Shown here: positions 30,301 through 40,470 of the stretch, piece after piece
Numbering within the stretch: position 1 is the stretch's first letter
Layout: the number at the start of each line of letters is the position of its first letter
Assembly (NCBI GenBank): GCA_951406725.2
Contig: OX597820.1
Coordinates: 79,546,001-79,610,000 of the forward strand
Reading direction: 5' to 3'
DNA from: Octopus vulgaris
Taxonomy: Eukaryota
DNA: 64,000 nucleotides
The notes under the pieces: generated by a model
The model's database searches: none
Seen by the model: only the letters and a program-made list of their open reading frames with translations
What the model was told of the DNA's origin: nothing
Position numbers and translations under genes: made by a program

Positions 30301-33300
30301 TGTTTTGGAGATTTAAAGTTTTACTTCTTAAAATATCCTTTGTTTACGATGGATTGTTATAGTGTCTTTTGTTGTTTCACAGGGCAACTTTAAATCAAGG
30401 GTAAGTGGAAGCACTACAACCCTCCCTCTATGCATTATCTTGGATTAGATCCCAGTGTAGCTACTTTAAAACTACTTCAGATGTAGACATTATTTTCAAG
30501 TGTTTTCTAGAACTTCACAAATTTCATCTGCATAACTGGCTTCCCTTTCTGCATCTGTGTGTGTAGATTGATTCATTGAATCTCAAATAATACAGAAATT
30601 ATGCCATTTCTTTCAAATTCTGCTACTCTTAATTCAATGTATTTTTTTACCCTTTTCCCCATTTCAGCATTCCACTCCTAGCAACACAGGTGTCTCTATA
30701 GATCTTCTTGGGCTGGGATCTTCTACACCTTCCACTACAAATAAGCTAACATCAGCAAGTGGTCTGCTGGTCGATGTTTTTGCTGATAATTATCCTACTG
30801 CATCAAACGGCTTAGAATCATCCGGACTAACGTTGGGAGCAGATGAAAGTTTTAAAAAGTACGTATTCCTGCCTGTTTGTTATTCATTTATTTGTTTCAG
30901 TCATTTGACTGCAGCCATGCTGGAGCACCACCTTTTAGTCAAACAAATCAATCCCAGGACTTAATCTTTGTAAGCTTAGTACTTATTCATCGGTCTCTTT
31001 TGCTGAACTGCTAAGTTACAGGGACATAAACACACCAGCATCGGTTGTCAAGAGATGGTGGGGGGACAAACACACAGACACATAGATATACGAAGGGCTT
31101 CTTTCAGTTTCCATCTACCAGATCCTCTCACCTATTTCTTTACTACCCACAAGTATCTGTCTTATCATATATTTTCTTGTTCTTATTGGATAGTATGGGA
31201 AGCATGTTTTTTATATATCAATATTATTATTATAATTTTATAATTTTATAGTTAGATGAGGCCTTTGGTTATTTAAACAGACAAATATAATCTTTAATGC
31301 CTAAGACTATACTACAATGGCATATATGGACAATTTAAGTTGGATCGTCTCTTGACCATAGGCTAAAACAGCTGTAAGGAGCAGTTTATTTGTATTATTT
31401 TTATTTTATTATTAATTTACATGTTGATGTATATTGTTTTGTTAGATTTTCACGTTCCTATTTGTATAATTAATAAATAATATGAAATTGTAATATCCAT
31501 AAGTTGATGATCGAAATGAATTTGTTCCCCCATTTTCTTATTTGTATTATGAATTTACGGTAAAATATTTTTTACCTTCACCCATTCAATACAGTAACTG
31601 AATTAATTGCATTGCAATTATAAGCATTTATGTATTTAATATTTGGGTACTTTACCAGCAGTATATTGGATAACTGATATCCCATAGTGGGTTAACTTCA
31701 TAACCCCTATCTTACTTTGTACTATATATATATGTTTCTCCCCTACCCACTGCTTGACAACCTGTGCTGGTGTGTTTATGTCCCCATAATTTAATGGTTT
31801 GGCAAAATACCAGGCTTTGAAAAGAAGTACTGTGGGTTGATTTATTCAACTAAGATTCTTCAAGATGGTGCCCCAGCATGGTCACAGCCTAATGACTGAA
31901 ACAAGAATAAGATACAAGATAAAATGCATTGAGGGACTGACTGACCATTAGATACATCAGTTAATCCGTGCCCTTCTCAAATGCTTGTAGAGTTTTGTAG
32001 ATTTTTTCCTTGCTCCAAAAGACTTTTGTTGATTTTACATTCTGTTTCTGTTTGGGTTTTCTTCCTCTAATTTGGTAAAACCCAACGATATGATAGAAGA
32101 TACTTGCCCAAGGTATCACACAGAAGAATTGAACCCAGAACCTCATTGTGACGTGACTTTCTTAACCACTCAGCCATCATCATCATCATCACCATCATCA
32201 TTTAACGTCCGCTTTCCATGCTGACATGGGTTAGACGGTTTGACTGAGGACTGGCAAGCCAGGAGGCTGAACCAGGCCCCAATCTGATCTGGCAGTGTTT
32301 CTACAGCTGGATGCCCTTCCTAACGCCAACCACTCTGAGAGTGTAGCAGGTGCTTTTTACGTGCCACTGGCTCAAGGGGCCAGAGGAGCTGGCATCGACC
32401 ACGATCGGATGGTGCTTTTTACATGCCACCAGCACAGAAGCCAGTCAAGGCAGCACTGATATCAGCCACGTTCAGATGGTGCTATTTATGTGCTACTGGC
32501 ACAGGGCTCACAACTACAAATTCTATTTGATTTGATATTGCTGATGTTGATGTACTTGACTCGGCATCGGCATCGGCCACCATGTTGGTATTATTTGTCC
32601 ATTTGTTAATTTATTTCAAAATATCAATTTTGTGTTTTTAAATATCTATTTTACAGTTTGTATAAAAATTATTTCATATCATTTCAAAAAACAAAAAACA
32701 AAAAAAAAACCACGTGTATTGACTCAACTGAATATCTTTGTTTTTTCTTTTTTTTCTTTGCAGATTTATCTGTAAAAACAATGGTGTGCTTTTTGAAAAT
32801 GACCTTTTGCAAATTGGAGTTAAATCTGAATACAGATGTAACTTGTGCCGATTAGGAATGTTTTACGGAAACAAAACATCATTCCATTTCACAGCTTTCT
32901 CCGTTGATATAGAATGTTCAGATAGAATTAGCAGTCATATCCTTTTATTGGCATAGAACCGTATTTTGATGGCATAAAAGATGTACAGACATACTTGAGG
33001 CACCACAATTTCAGTAGTGCATATTCAGGAGAAGACGTTTTTAGTACTTTAACTCTTTCATCACTACCACCACCATCATCATCATCATCATCATTATCAT
33101 CATCATCAAATGTCCTCCTCCCATGTTGGCATGGGTTGGATGGTTTGACAGGAGCTGTCAAGCTGGAGAGCTGCATCAGGTTCCAATTGTCTCTTTTGGC
33201 ATGGTTTCTGTAGTTGGATGCCCTTCCTAACATCAACCACTTTACAGAGTTTACTAGGTGCTTTTCACGTTGCACTGGCATCAGTGCTTTTTACATGGCC

Positions 33301-36300
33301 ACCAGCACAGCTACTTTTTATGTAGCACTAGCACGGGTGCTTTTTACATGGCACAGCACAGGTGCTTTATATGTGCCACAACCATATTCCTGTTGATATA
33401 AACTGCGTTTGTTTCAAATAATTTTGAAAAGAATGAAGAATTTAATAAAATAACCTTTTTATTAGGATGCTGTTTGGAGCATAAATTAACATGAAATTTT
33501 GAGTTAAAGAATGTAATATAGGCCCAACATTGCATATTGGGTGATTTCTTGAGACAGTTTTTGGAGGGGGACAAAAGTGCATCTTATGTGCCATCAAATA
33601 CTGTAAATTATTTTAACAAGTAATTTTAAAAAATTTACTTGAACTCTGTGTATTTTGGTATTTTGTCTGTTTGTCTTTTTCAATAGTTGTTGTATTTCCT
33701 TAACCTGTAGTACAGTTGAATATACAACCAAAACCTGTTGGAACTGTAATAGAAGGTGGGGCTCAGGTCCAGCAGATATTCAACGTAGAATGTGTTGAAG
33801 AATTTACTGAATCACCAATTGTTCACATAAAATTCATGTAAGTGGTAACTCAACTCACTTCAGAACCCTTCAAAGGGTAAAATGACAGCTTATAATAGTT
33901 GATGGTATCTGAAGTGAATTTAGTTTTAATGGGGGAAGTTTTTGTTCTGTATTGGGAGGATCATTATGCCAATAATAAACACTAGTTCTCCTTCACCTTC
34001 TTAGTTTTAATTTGTCAATTGGTTAACTATTTAACCAAGTAATTCATTGATTGTTTGGTCAATCAGTCAATCAATCAATCAATCAGCTTGGTTTGTCAAT
34101 GTCCCTTTTGTCACCATTCATGATCTCATCAGTACTATGCCCTCTTTCCACTGCAGATCTACTTCAGGTCACAGGAGAAACCTGCTTGATTGATCAAACA
34201 ATTAATCAAATCATTGATTGGTTAAATGGTTGACTAATAATAATAATAATAATGTTGAAACATCAAGAGGCTTCATCCTCAAGGCCTGCAAGTATTATTG
34301 TCAAATGGTTAATACTTAATAATTACTGGTTAAAATGTATAAAAATAATTTAGTTACTTAATTATTCCACTGTTAAAGCAGATATTTTATCACTAACATA
34401 AGACAATGAATATTTAACTTAATAATGAATATATGGTATCCTACATACTAGGTTCAAGTCCTGTTCAAATCAACTTTAGCTTTTTAGTTTTCATAATTGA
34501 TTAAAAAGAGTACCAAGTGTCCTGGGTAGGACTTCAAACTGCATCCTGTAGTGAGGGCCCTGGTTTCAAAGTTCCAGGGTTTTGAGGAGTATGGAACCAC
34601 TTCTTAGCTACTTTTGTCCCCAGATCTACTCTGACCTGGAGTAGAAGCACTTGCCAGGCTCCCAGATATGGGTTAATTAGTATGTCATGGAATTATCTCC
34701 AAAAGAAGATCCCTGACAGACACCCCAAAAGACCCAAGGCAGAGGTCATTTAGCTCTTTAACAACTCATCTAAGAGAAGGTAACTCCATACAAATCTTGC
34801 ATCCTGTTAACTAGTGGGCTTGTGGAACTTGTTGTACTAGAGTTTTCTACATAATTCTATGTGTTGTATATGCACCTTTGATGAGTTGTAGTGTGCCTGA
34901 ACACTATACACAATAATTTCATCATCATCATCATTATTATTTAAAACGAGTTTGCAAGACGAAAGAGTGGGACCAGCTCTACTCAAATCTTACCCACTAT
35001 AATAATATTCATTACACAGGGTTCAACAAGGCGCAGCTGTAGAGTGTTCCTAGTATACTGTATTGTTGTTTGAAACCTACATCTGTCCCCAAGTCTGTGG
35101 AAAATGACCATTGCCCTATGGCTGCCTGGGTACAGGGTCAAAGCTGATGATTTCAAGTGGAATCTATTCTACAGCTGCGCCTTGTTGAACCCTCCTTCAT
35201 CATAGCAACAAGAGAGTCCAGTCATAATTTTAGTTCATTTACTCTCCATCTACAAATTTCTGTCCTTATGGCATTGTGATAAATTATTATAAATGACATT
35301 ACCAATATGATCACCATGAAAATGCCCAAAACAATTGTTCCTGAATATAATACCATTTCCTACTTCTCTGTTTCAGGTATAGTGGTGCTCAACAGAAAAT
35401 CAGTTTAAAGTTACCTGTCACTCTAAACAAATTTATTGAATCAGTTGAAATGAATACCGAAGTATTCTTTGCTCGATGGAAAGCACTCAATAAGTGAGTA
35501 AACTATAAATTGATAAAGCAGAAAAGTTTGTTCAGTTGTCTAACATAAGCTTTGTCTTTCTACATCATCATCGTTTAACGTCCGTTTTCCATGCTGGCAT
35601 GGGTTGGACAGTTTGACTGAGGTCTGGAGCTCCAATCTGATCTGCCAAGGTTTCTACTGCTGGATGCCCTTCCTAATGCCAACCACTCTGAGACTGTAGT
35701 GGGTGCTTTTTATGTGACACCAGCACAGGTGGCACTGGCATCTATCACGTTTGGATAGTGCTTTTTATGTGCCACTGGCATAGGAATCAGTCAGTGGGTA
35801 TTGGCATTGGCCACATTCACATGGTGTTTTTTACATGCTACTGGCATGGGAGCCAGTCAGGCGGATCTGTCATCGACCAGAATTGGATGGTGTTTTTTTT
35901 ATGTTCCACTGGCACGATAGCCAATCAGGGGACACTGGCATCAACCATGTTCGAATGATGCAATTTACATGCCACCGGAATGGGAGCCATGCAAGATAAA
36001 GGGAAAATACAGTATAACTTTGTTGTTGTCTGCCTTTAACATTTCTAAAATTGACTATTCTCTGTAGGGGATTTGCTAGAGAAATTGCTCTACATAGTAC
36101 TGTATTTTACTCTCCCAAAATTGACTTGCATTCCTTCATTTTTGGATCAAGATCATCATCAACATTATCTACCATCCATAAAAAACACCTGTGCTGGTGC
36201 CATTTAAAAACACCCATGCTGGTGCCGCATAAAAAATTACCTGTGTTGGTGGCATCTAAAAAGCACCTGAGCTGATGCTATATAACAGGTACAAAGTTTA

Positions 36301-39300
36301 TCTTGGTATAAAAGATGGGCTACAGCAAATATACCACAGATTTGCTTGTTAGCTGTTTGACCTTAACCAGTTGAGCATGTCCCTTGGTTCCTGACGATAT
36401 GTGCATCTCTGGTCATGATTAGAAGTAGTAGGGGAGCATCATATCCATGTGTTGAGAGGAATTCTTTGGAGTTTGGGTAATTCACCTTTAGAAACATGGA
36501 TGTTTCATTCATCATCCTTAAACCAACCTTATTCAGGGACCTTTTAAACAGGATGGACTACTCAACCTGAACTAAATTCTCACTGGACCCTACCTGCAAG
36601 GTCATGCACTATTTATCTTGGTATTAGGTCACCATGCTGCACACATACGGTTCTGATGCATGTACCTGGTGTACTCTTATCAGACGGGTAGTCATGATGA
36701 GCATATTGGGCTTCATATGTTTGTACCCCAGTGTCACTTTGAGGGGGTGTACTGCTCTCTCACTCAATAATGATAATAAGGCCTGCAATTTCAGGGAAGG
36801 GAGTAAGTTAATTACATTGACCCCAGTGTTCAACTGGTACTTATTTTATTGACCCCGAAAGGATGAAAGGTAAAGTCAACCTCAGCAGAATTTGAACCCA
36901 GAACACGAAGACAGACGAAATACAGCTAAGCATTTTGTCGTCTGTGCTAATGATTTTGCTAGCTTTCCTAATAATAATAATAATAGTAATAATAAAACCA
37001 GACAGTGGCTATCTGGTTTTACCAAGGGAACTTGGTAAACTGAATGTTCAGTGGTGTAGCCACTGGGGCAGTCTTTGGATGTCTCCCCACAAAAGTGTTG
37101 CCCAGGGCATATCCCCACCCTCCACTACACTTCTGAGAACATGCTACTGCTGCTACAACTCTTTTGCACTTATCCACTGGCTGCTCTCCAGAATTTTTCT
37201 ATTTCGATCTCTCTCCCTTACTAAAATATTTATTCCTACAAATCATAAACATTGACCCCCCCCCCTCAAACCGTTGCTAATAAAAGTAAAAGGAGGCAAC
37301 TTTAATCAATTATTTAATTAATTAATTATCAATATCAATTTGAAGGATTTCACTTTTTTGTTGTTCTTTATTATAGTCCCCAGCAAGAATCCCAGAAGAT
37401 ATTCCAGGCTCAGAATCCAATGGATGCAGAACAATCAAAGGCCAAGGTCAGGATCCTGTTGAATTCTTATATTTAATGACAAAAGAATTAATGAGATAAC
37501 ATGTTAAGTGTATGATCCGTTATGTTAATCACTTTGTATTGATTTTTCTAATTAGATTTTCTTCTTTTCTAAACATTTCAGATCCTTGGCTTCAACTTGA
37601 GTGTTTTAGAAGGCATTGATCCTAATAAAGATAACTTTGTGTCAGCTGGTATCTTACACACCAAATCCCAGCAGATTGGTTGTTTAGTACGATTAGAACC
37701 CAACTTACAAGCTCAGGTATGAAAGGTTTATGTCTTATGCCTCATCACTACACTTATCATTATCATCATCATCATTTACTGTCTGTTTTTCATGCTGGCA
37801 TGGGTTGGATGGTTTGACAGGAGCTGGAAAGCCAGAAGACTGCACCATATCATTATCTGTTTTGGCAAGGTTTCTGAAGCTGGATGCCCTTCCTAAAGCC
37901 AACCACTTTACAGTGTTTACTGGGTGGTTTTTGTGTGGCATCTGCTTTTTACGTGACACCAGCACAGGTGCTTTTTATGAGGCCCCAGTACAGATGCTCT
38001 TTACTACTTGGCACCAGTATGGGTACTTCTTACATGGCACCAGCATTTGTGCTTTCTATACAAGGAATCACTTGTTTGATTGACCAAATTCTTTACTCTT
38101 TGAATTTATGTATGAGTGGCTGACTATTCCAGAACCACTTATAATTCTCTGACGGAATCTCCATGACACAGTGTTTGATAAAGCTGTTACATCTGGCATG
38201 GGTTGCACTGTTTGGCAAGCGCTGGCAAGGCCAGGAGCCTATCAGGCTAGATCATCCTTCCTAACACCAAAGTGTAACTGCTTTACAGAATACATAAGTA
38301 CTTTAATCCCTCATCTCCTTGCATAAAGCCACCATCTCCCTTGGGGTTCATAGTCTTGTAAGCTGCATGGCAACCTCACTAGTGCTTGTCTTACAAAAAA
38401 TAAAGCAACCTTTACATGCTGTAAAGTGGCTGGCATTAGGGGTGAGAGGTCGAGGCATAGAAACCATGCCAAAGCAAACACTGGAACATGGTGCAGTCCT
38501 GGATCCCATCAGATCCTGTCAACCCCCCTGATTCATGTTAAGCTGGAACATGTATGTTAAATGGTGAATATATATATATATATATATATGAGTCCTCTCT
38601 GCTGAGTTGTTGGTGTTAGGAAGGACATTCAGCTGTAAAAATCCTACCAAAACAGTCACAGAAATCCGGTGCTGGCTCCAGCTTGGCTGGCTCTTGTGGT
38701 ACTGTCCCACCAATGCTAGTATGGAACATGGATGTTAAATGATGATGATACACACACACTCTCACACCACAGAACTTCCCAAAACTAGAAACCGGTATCT
38801 AAACATTATCTGAGCCTAATTAGGTTACCTATGAAGAAAAACCAAACAATACCAAAGTAAGCGATCCCTACAGACTATGAATCCACAAATACTTTCCACT
38901 TTACAAGATTGATGGACAATTGAGAATCACAAGGCTAAGATACATATATACACACACTCTGTCAATCCTTAGTGAGGTCCCTTTTTTATTGACAATTGAA
39001 GTTGACCATTGGACGAAAAAATTGAGAGACACTGCTGGACACCCAAACTGTTTTTTCCTTTTTTTTTTTTTTTTTGAATGACTCATTCACTGTTCACTTT
39101 CTGCACATTATTCCATGTACTGTTCTATGCACTTTTGGCTACTTTTGCTGATGAGTTTTATTGCACTAGCCGAGCACTATATGCAATAAGTTCATCATCA
39201 CCATCATCATCATCGTCATTATTATTATACTATGTAACACATTTCCTGACTTGAATAGAATCCGAATGATGTATGTTTTGTTGTGGTTGTTGTTATTATT

Positions 39301-39422
39301 ATTATTATTATTATTGCTTTTTTTTAATGATTTTTGTTTTGCAGATGTATCGTTTGACTGTCAGAGCAAGTAAAGATACGGTGCCAAAGGCTATTGGGGA
39401 CCTGTTGGCATTGCAGTTCTGA
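1277..39422 (+). CDS. AP2A: AP-2 complex subunit alpha (alpha-adaptin), multi-exon gene, 5'-partial (N-terminal exons upstream of window)
   Basis: Twenty exons join in frame (2574 nt including TGA). They give [15 protein letters not shown]...[32 protein letters not shown]...[24 protein letters not shown]...LLALQF*, which matches the alpha-adaptin trunk, hinge and appendage. All introns are GT-AG except one AT-AC. Confidence 0.97.
2163..2292 (+). CDS. AP2A: AP2A exon (130 nt)
   Basis: ttgtag|GGAGACT...CATATG|gtaata; [43 protein letters not shown]. Confidence 0.95.
2738..3340 (-). mobile_element. RTE-derived 3'-end repeat (ORF tail plus 3' UTR)
   Basis: Minus strand RGRPRKT coding remnant near 3340, followed by the common tail repeat ending in (ATG)n. 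Confidence 0.65.
3841..4065. mobile_element. piggyBac-type MITE
   Basis: TTAA-CCCTTTTGTTAT...ATAACAAAAGGG-TTAA (12-nt TIR, TTAA target duplication). A related partial copy lies at ~25864-26085. Confidence 0.8.
4964..5065 (+). CDS. AP2A: AP2A exon (102 nt)
   Basis: ttttag|GGTGTT...AGCAGA|gtgagt; [34 protein letters not shown] (absent from ORF track). Confidence 0.95.
8865..9083. mobile_element. Tc1/mariner-type MITE
   Basis: TIRs agggagtgctgaaaagttcctggcttt / aaagcctggaacttttcagcatgccct. Confidence 0.8.
10385..10840 (-). mobile_element. R4/Dong-like non-LTR retrotransposon 3' fragment (restriction-like endonuclease)
   Basis: Minus strand [33 protein letters not shown]...KIEKYQDLA...[19 protein letters not shown], with frameshifts. 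Ends in an (ATG)n tail. Confidence 0.8.
12252..12360 (+). CDS. AP2A: AP2A exon (109 nt)
   Basis: ttacag|ATTGTT...CCTCCAG|gtaacc; [36 protein letters not shown]. Confidence 0.95.
15359..15581 (+). CDS. AP2A: AP2A exon (223 nt)
   Basis: ctgcag|AGGAT...CTCAG|gtatat; [75 protein letters not shown]. Confidence 0.95.
16529..16574 (-). ncRNA. Minimal hammerhead motif, G12A mutated (probably inactive)
   Basis: Minus strand GACAC CUGAUGA A GGCUG..CAGCC AAA ACGU U GUGUU. Confidence 0.6.
16830..16875 (+). ncRNA. Minimal hammerhead motif, G5A mutated (probably inactive)
   Basis: GACAC CUAAUGA A GGCUG gaggguauau CAGCC GAA ACAU U GUGUU. Confidence 0.6.
17012..17108 (+). CDS. AP2A: AP2A exon (97 nt)
   Basis: ttgcag|ATATCTA...TTGAAG|gtaata; [32 protein letters not shown]. 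Confidence 0.95.
17239..17640 (+). mobile_element. tRNA-derived SINE, family A
   Basis: Same consensus as 22681-23123. Other copies at ~5848-6180, 6202-6598, 11219-11612, 14888-15260, 27400-27752, 30870-31110(-), 55553-56880, 59540-59875. Confidence 0.85.
18126..18263 (+). CDS. AP2A: AP2A exon (138 nt)
   Basis: cttcag|ACGGAA...GAAATG|gtaggt; [46 protein letters not shown]. Confidence 0.95.
18318..18574. mobile_element. piggyBac-type MITE
   Basis: TTAA-CCCTTTAACT...AGTAAAAGGG-TTAA. Confidence 0.65.
19346..19453 (+). CDS. AP2A: AP2A exon (108 nt)
   Basis: ttccag|GTCCTA...GAAGAG|gtaagc; [36 protein letters not shown]. Confidence 0.95.
20379..20560 (+). repeat. 26-nt tandem minisatellite (~7 copies) within an RTE-tail family repeat
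   Basis: Unit CTGGTGCTGGTGCCACATAAAAAGCA repeated head to tail with no spacers. Confidence 0.9.
21136..21210 (+). CDS. AP2A: AP2A exon (75 nt)
   Basis: ttacaag|GTCTGG...TTTGAA|gtaagg; [25 protein letters not shown]. Confidence 0.95.
22557..22654 (+). CDS. AP2A: AP2A exon (98 nt)
   Basis: ttgtag|GCTCTA...TCAAG|gtaaaa; [33 protein letters not shown]. Confidence 0.95.
22681..23123 (-). mobile_element. tRNA-derived SINE, family A (well-preserved copy)
   Basis: Minus strand aggtgcaggagtggctgtgtggtaagtagcttg...gggttcagtcccactgcgtggcaccttgggcaagtgtc...gaaacaagtaaaagag, with an internal TA microsatellite and many CpGs retained. Confidence 0.85.
25243..25372 (+). CDS. AP2A: AP2A exon (130 nt)
   Basis: tttcag|TCCTATT...CAAGAG|gtatgt; [43 protein letters not shown]. 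Confidence 0.95.
25420..25806. mobile_element. Long-inverted-repeat MITE-like element
   Basis: gattttgttgtgtcttgggtgggtcatta... pairs with ...taatgaccctcccagcatgcaacaaaatc, and the inner arms are also complementary. A related copy starts at ~33940. Confidence 0.65.
26332..26555. mobile_element. piggyBac-type MITE (second family)
   Basis: TTAA-CCCTTTAGCATT...AATACTAAAGGG-TTAA. Related copies at ~2305-2515 and ~19935-20155. Confidence 0.8.
27980..28270 (+). mobile_element. RTE-clade LINE 3' fragment
   Basis: [21 protein letters not shown] matches the RTE C-terminal G.R.RGRP..RW motif. Confidence 0.7.
28402..28503 (+). CDS. AP2A: AP2A exon (102 nt)
   Basis: tcgcag|GTCCTT...GTCTTG|gtgaga; [34 protein letters not shown]. 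Confidence 0.95.
29606..29785 (+). CDS. AP2A: AP2A exon (180 nt), end of trunk and start of hinge
   Basis: tcaaaaag|GCTACT...TCACAG|gtcagc; [60 protein letters not shown]. Confidence 0.92.
30383..30400 (+). CDS. AP2A: Candidate 18-nt AP2A hinge microexon (GNFKSR)
   Basis: tcttttgttgtttcacag|GGCAACTTTAAATCAAGG|gtaagt. Consensus acceptor and donor, length divisible by 3, no stop, located inside a phase-0 intron. Confidence 0.65.
30668..30858 (+). CDS. AP2A: AP2A exon (191 nt), hinge
   Basis: tttcag|CATTCC...TTTAAAAA|gtacgt; [44 protein letters not shown]...GADESFK. It carries the DLLGL and LLVDVF motifs typical of alpha-adaptin hinges. Confidence 0.9.
32764..32936 (+). CDS. AP2A: AP2A exon (173 nt), appendage Ig-like subdomain; ends at U12-type AT donor
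   Basis: ttgcag|ATTTATC...AGCAGTC|atatcctttt; [57 protein letters not shown]. Confidence 0.93.
32937..33713 (+). other. U12-type (minor spliceosome) AT-AC intron, 777 nt
   Basis: 5' splice site ATATCCTTT at 32937, branch site TTCCTTAAC at 33696-33704, terminal AC at 33712-33713. Splicing joins C+AG (Gln) and keeps the frame. Confidence 0.93.
33714..33837 (+). CDS. AP2A: AP2A exon (124 nt), appendage; begins after AC acceptor
   Basis: tagtac|AGTTGAAT...TTCAT|gtaagt; [42 protein letters not shown]. Confidence 0.92.
35018..35193. repeat. 176-nt element with perfect 26-nt inverted repeats
   Basis: AGGGTTCAACAAGGCGCAGCTGTAGA (35018-35043) / TCTACAGCTGCGCCTTGTTGAACCCT (35168-35193). Confidence 0.85.
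35377..35493 (+). CDS. AP2A: AP2A exon (117 nt)
   Basis: tttcag|GTATAGT...AATAA|gtgagt; [38 protein letters not shown]. Confidence 0.95.
37377..37446 (+). CDS. AP2A: AP2A exon (70 nt)
   Basis: ttatag|TCCCCAG...GCCAAG|gtcagg; [23 protein letters not shown]. Confidence 0.95.
37582..37716 (+). CDS. AP2A: AP2A exon (135 nt), appendage platform subdomain
   Basis: tttcag|ATCCTT...GCTCAG|gtatga; [45 protein letters not shown]. Confidence 0.95.
39345..39422 (+). CDS. AP2A: AP2A last coding exon
   Basis: ttgcag|ATGTAT...TTCTGA; [25 protein letters not shown]. Confidence 0.95.
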   Translation: MYRLTVRASKDTVPKAIGDLLALQF

Positions 39423-40419
39423 GTGGAGAAAGAATAAAGATAATACTTTTGACATTAACATCATCTGTGAACTTTCTTCCTGGCAGATAAAGAGTTAATT
39501 AAATAATATAAAATATCAAATGAAACAAGATTGCATACGACAGCATTAACAAAACATGTTGTGATGAAAAAGAAAGGCAAAAATTAAAGAAAGAAAACCA
39601 TACGGGAGAAAAAAAACATGAGGATGATCGATTCTTTCTTTAGAATTAATAAATATGTGTCCAAAATTGTTAATTTTTATCTACCTTGCCATGTCCAGTG
39701 TAGTGTTTGACTGGTGTTCAGTACAATATGAGGAAGAGGAGACAACTTGGCTTAAGTTTAGATGGAAAAAAAAAATGAATGAATAAATGAATAAAAAAAA
39801 AAGTGGTAACTGAATTCAAAAGACAAACTAATGCTAGGCATCGAAATGGCAGGAGTGCATGGGGAAGAGAATCTAGATTTTAGATAATTACCGGCCAACA
39901 GTTTTAAACGTATTTGTGAATGGTTAAAAAAAAAACCAAAGAAAAACAAATAAAAGCAGCAGCGTAAATAATAAACAAACAAGTTTAATACTTCTTTGAG
40001 TGGAAAAACCAAAAGGAACTGTTGTTGACTGGTAGTGTGTTTCTTAGTTGACTTTGAGATGTTTTTTTTTTTCAAGACCAACAAAAAAAAAAAAACTTTA
40101 AAAAAGAACAACAAAAAGTGAATAAAAAAAAGGAAGTCTAAATAATTCACAATTCCATCATAAATACCAAAGCTCCAACTTTTCCTCTGAGTTAATGCTT
40201 TGTTCTACAAAAATAATGATGACTTCTCTCTCTCTCTCTCTCTCTCTCTTCTTTTGCATTGTTTGCTGCTGCCTTTTCTCTTCTCTTCTCTGTCTCCCTC
40301 ATTCCCCTCAACCATCTTAGTTTCTTTTATCTTTCTCTTACAGACATATATATATATACATGAACATGTATATATGTATGTATATATGTATTATATATAT
40401 ATATATATATATATGTATT

Positions 40420-40470
<51 letters not shown>

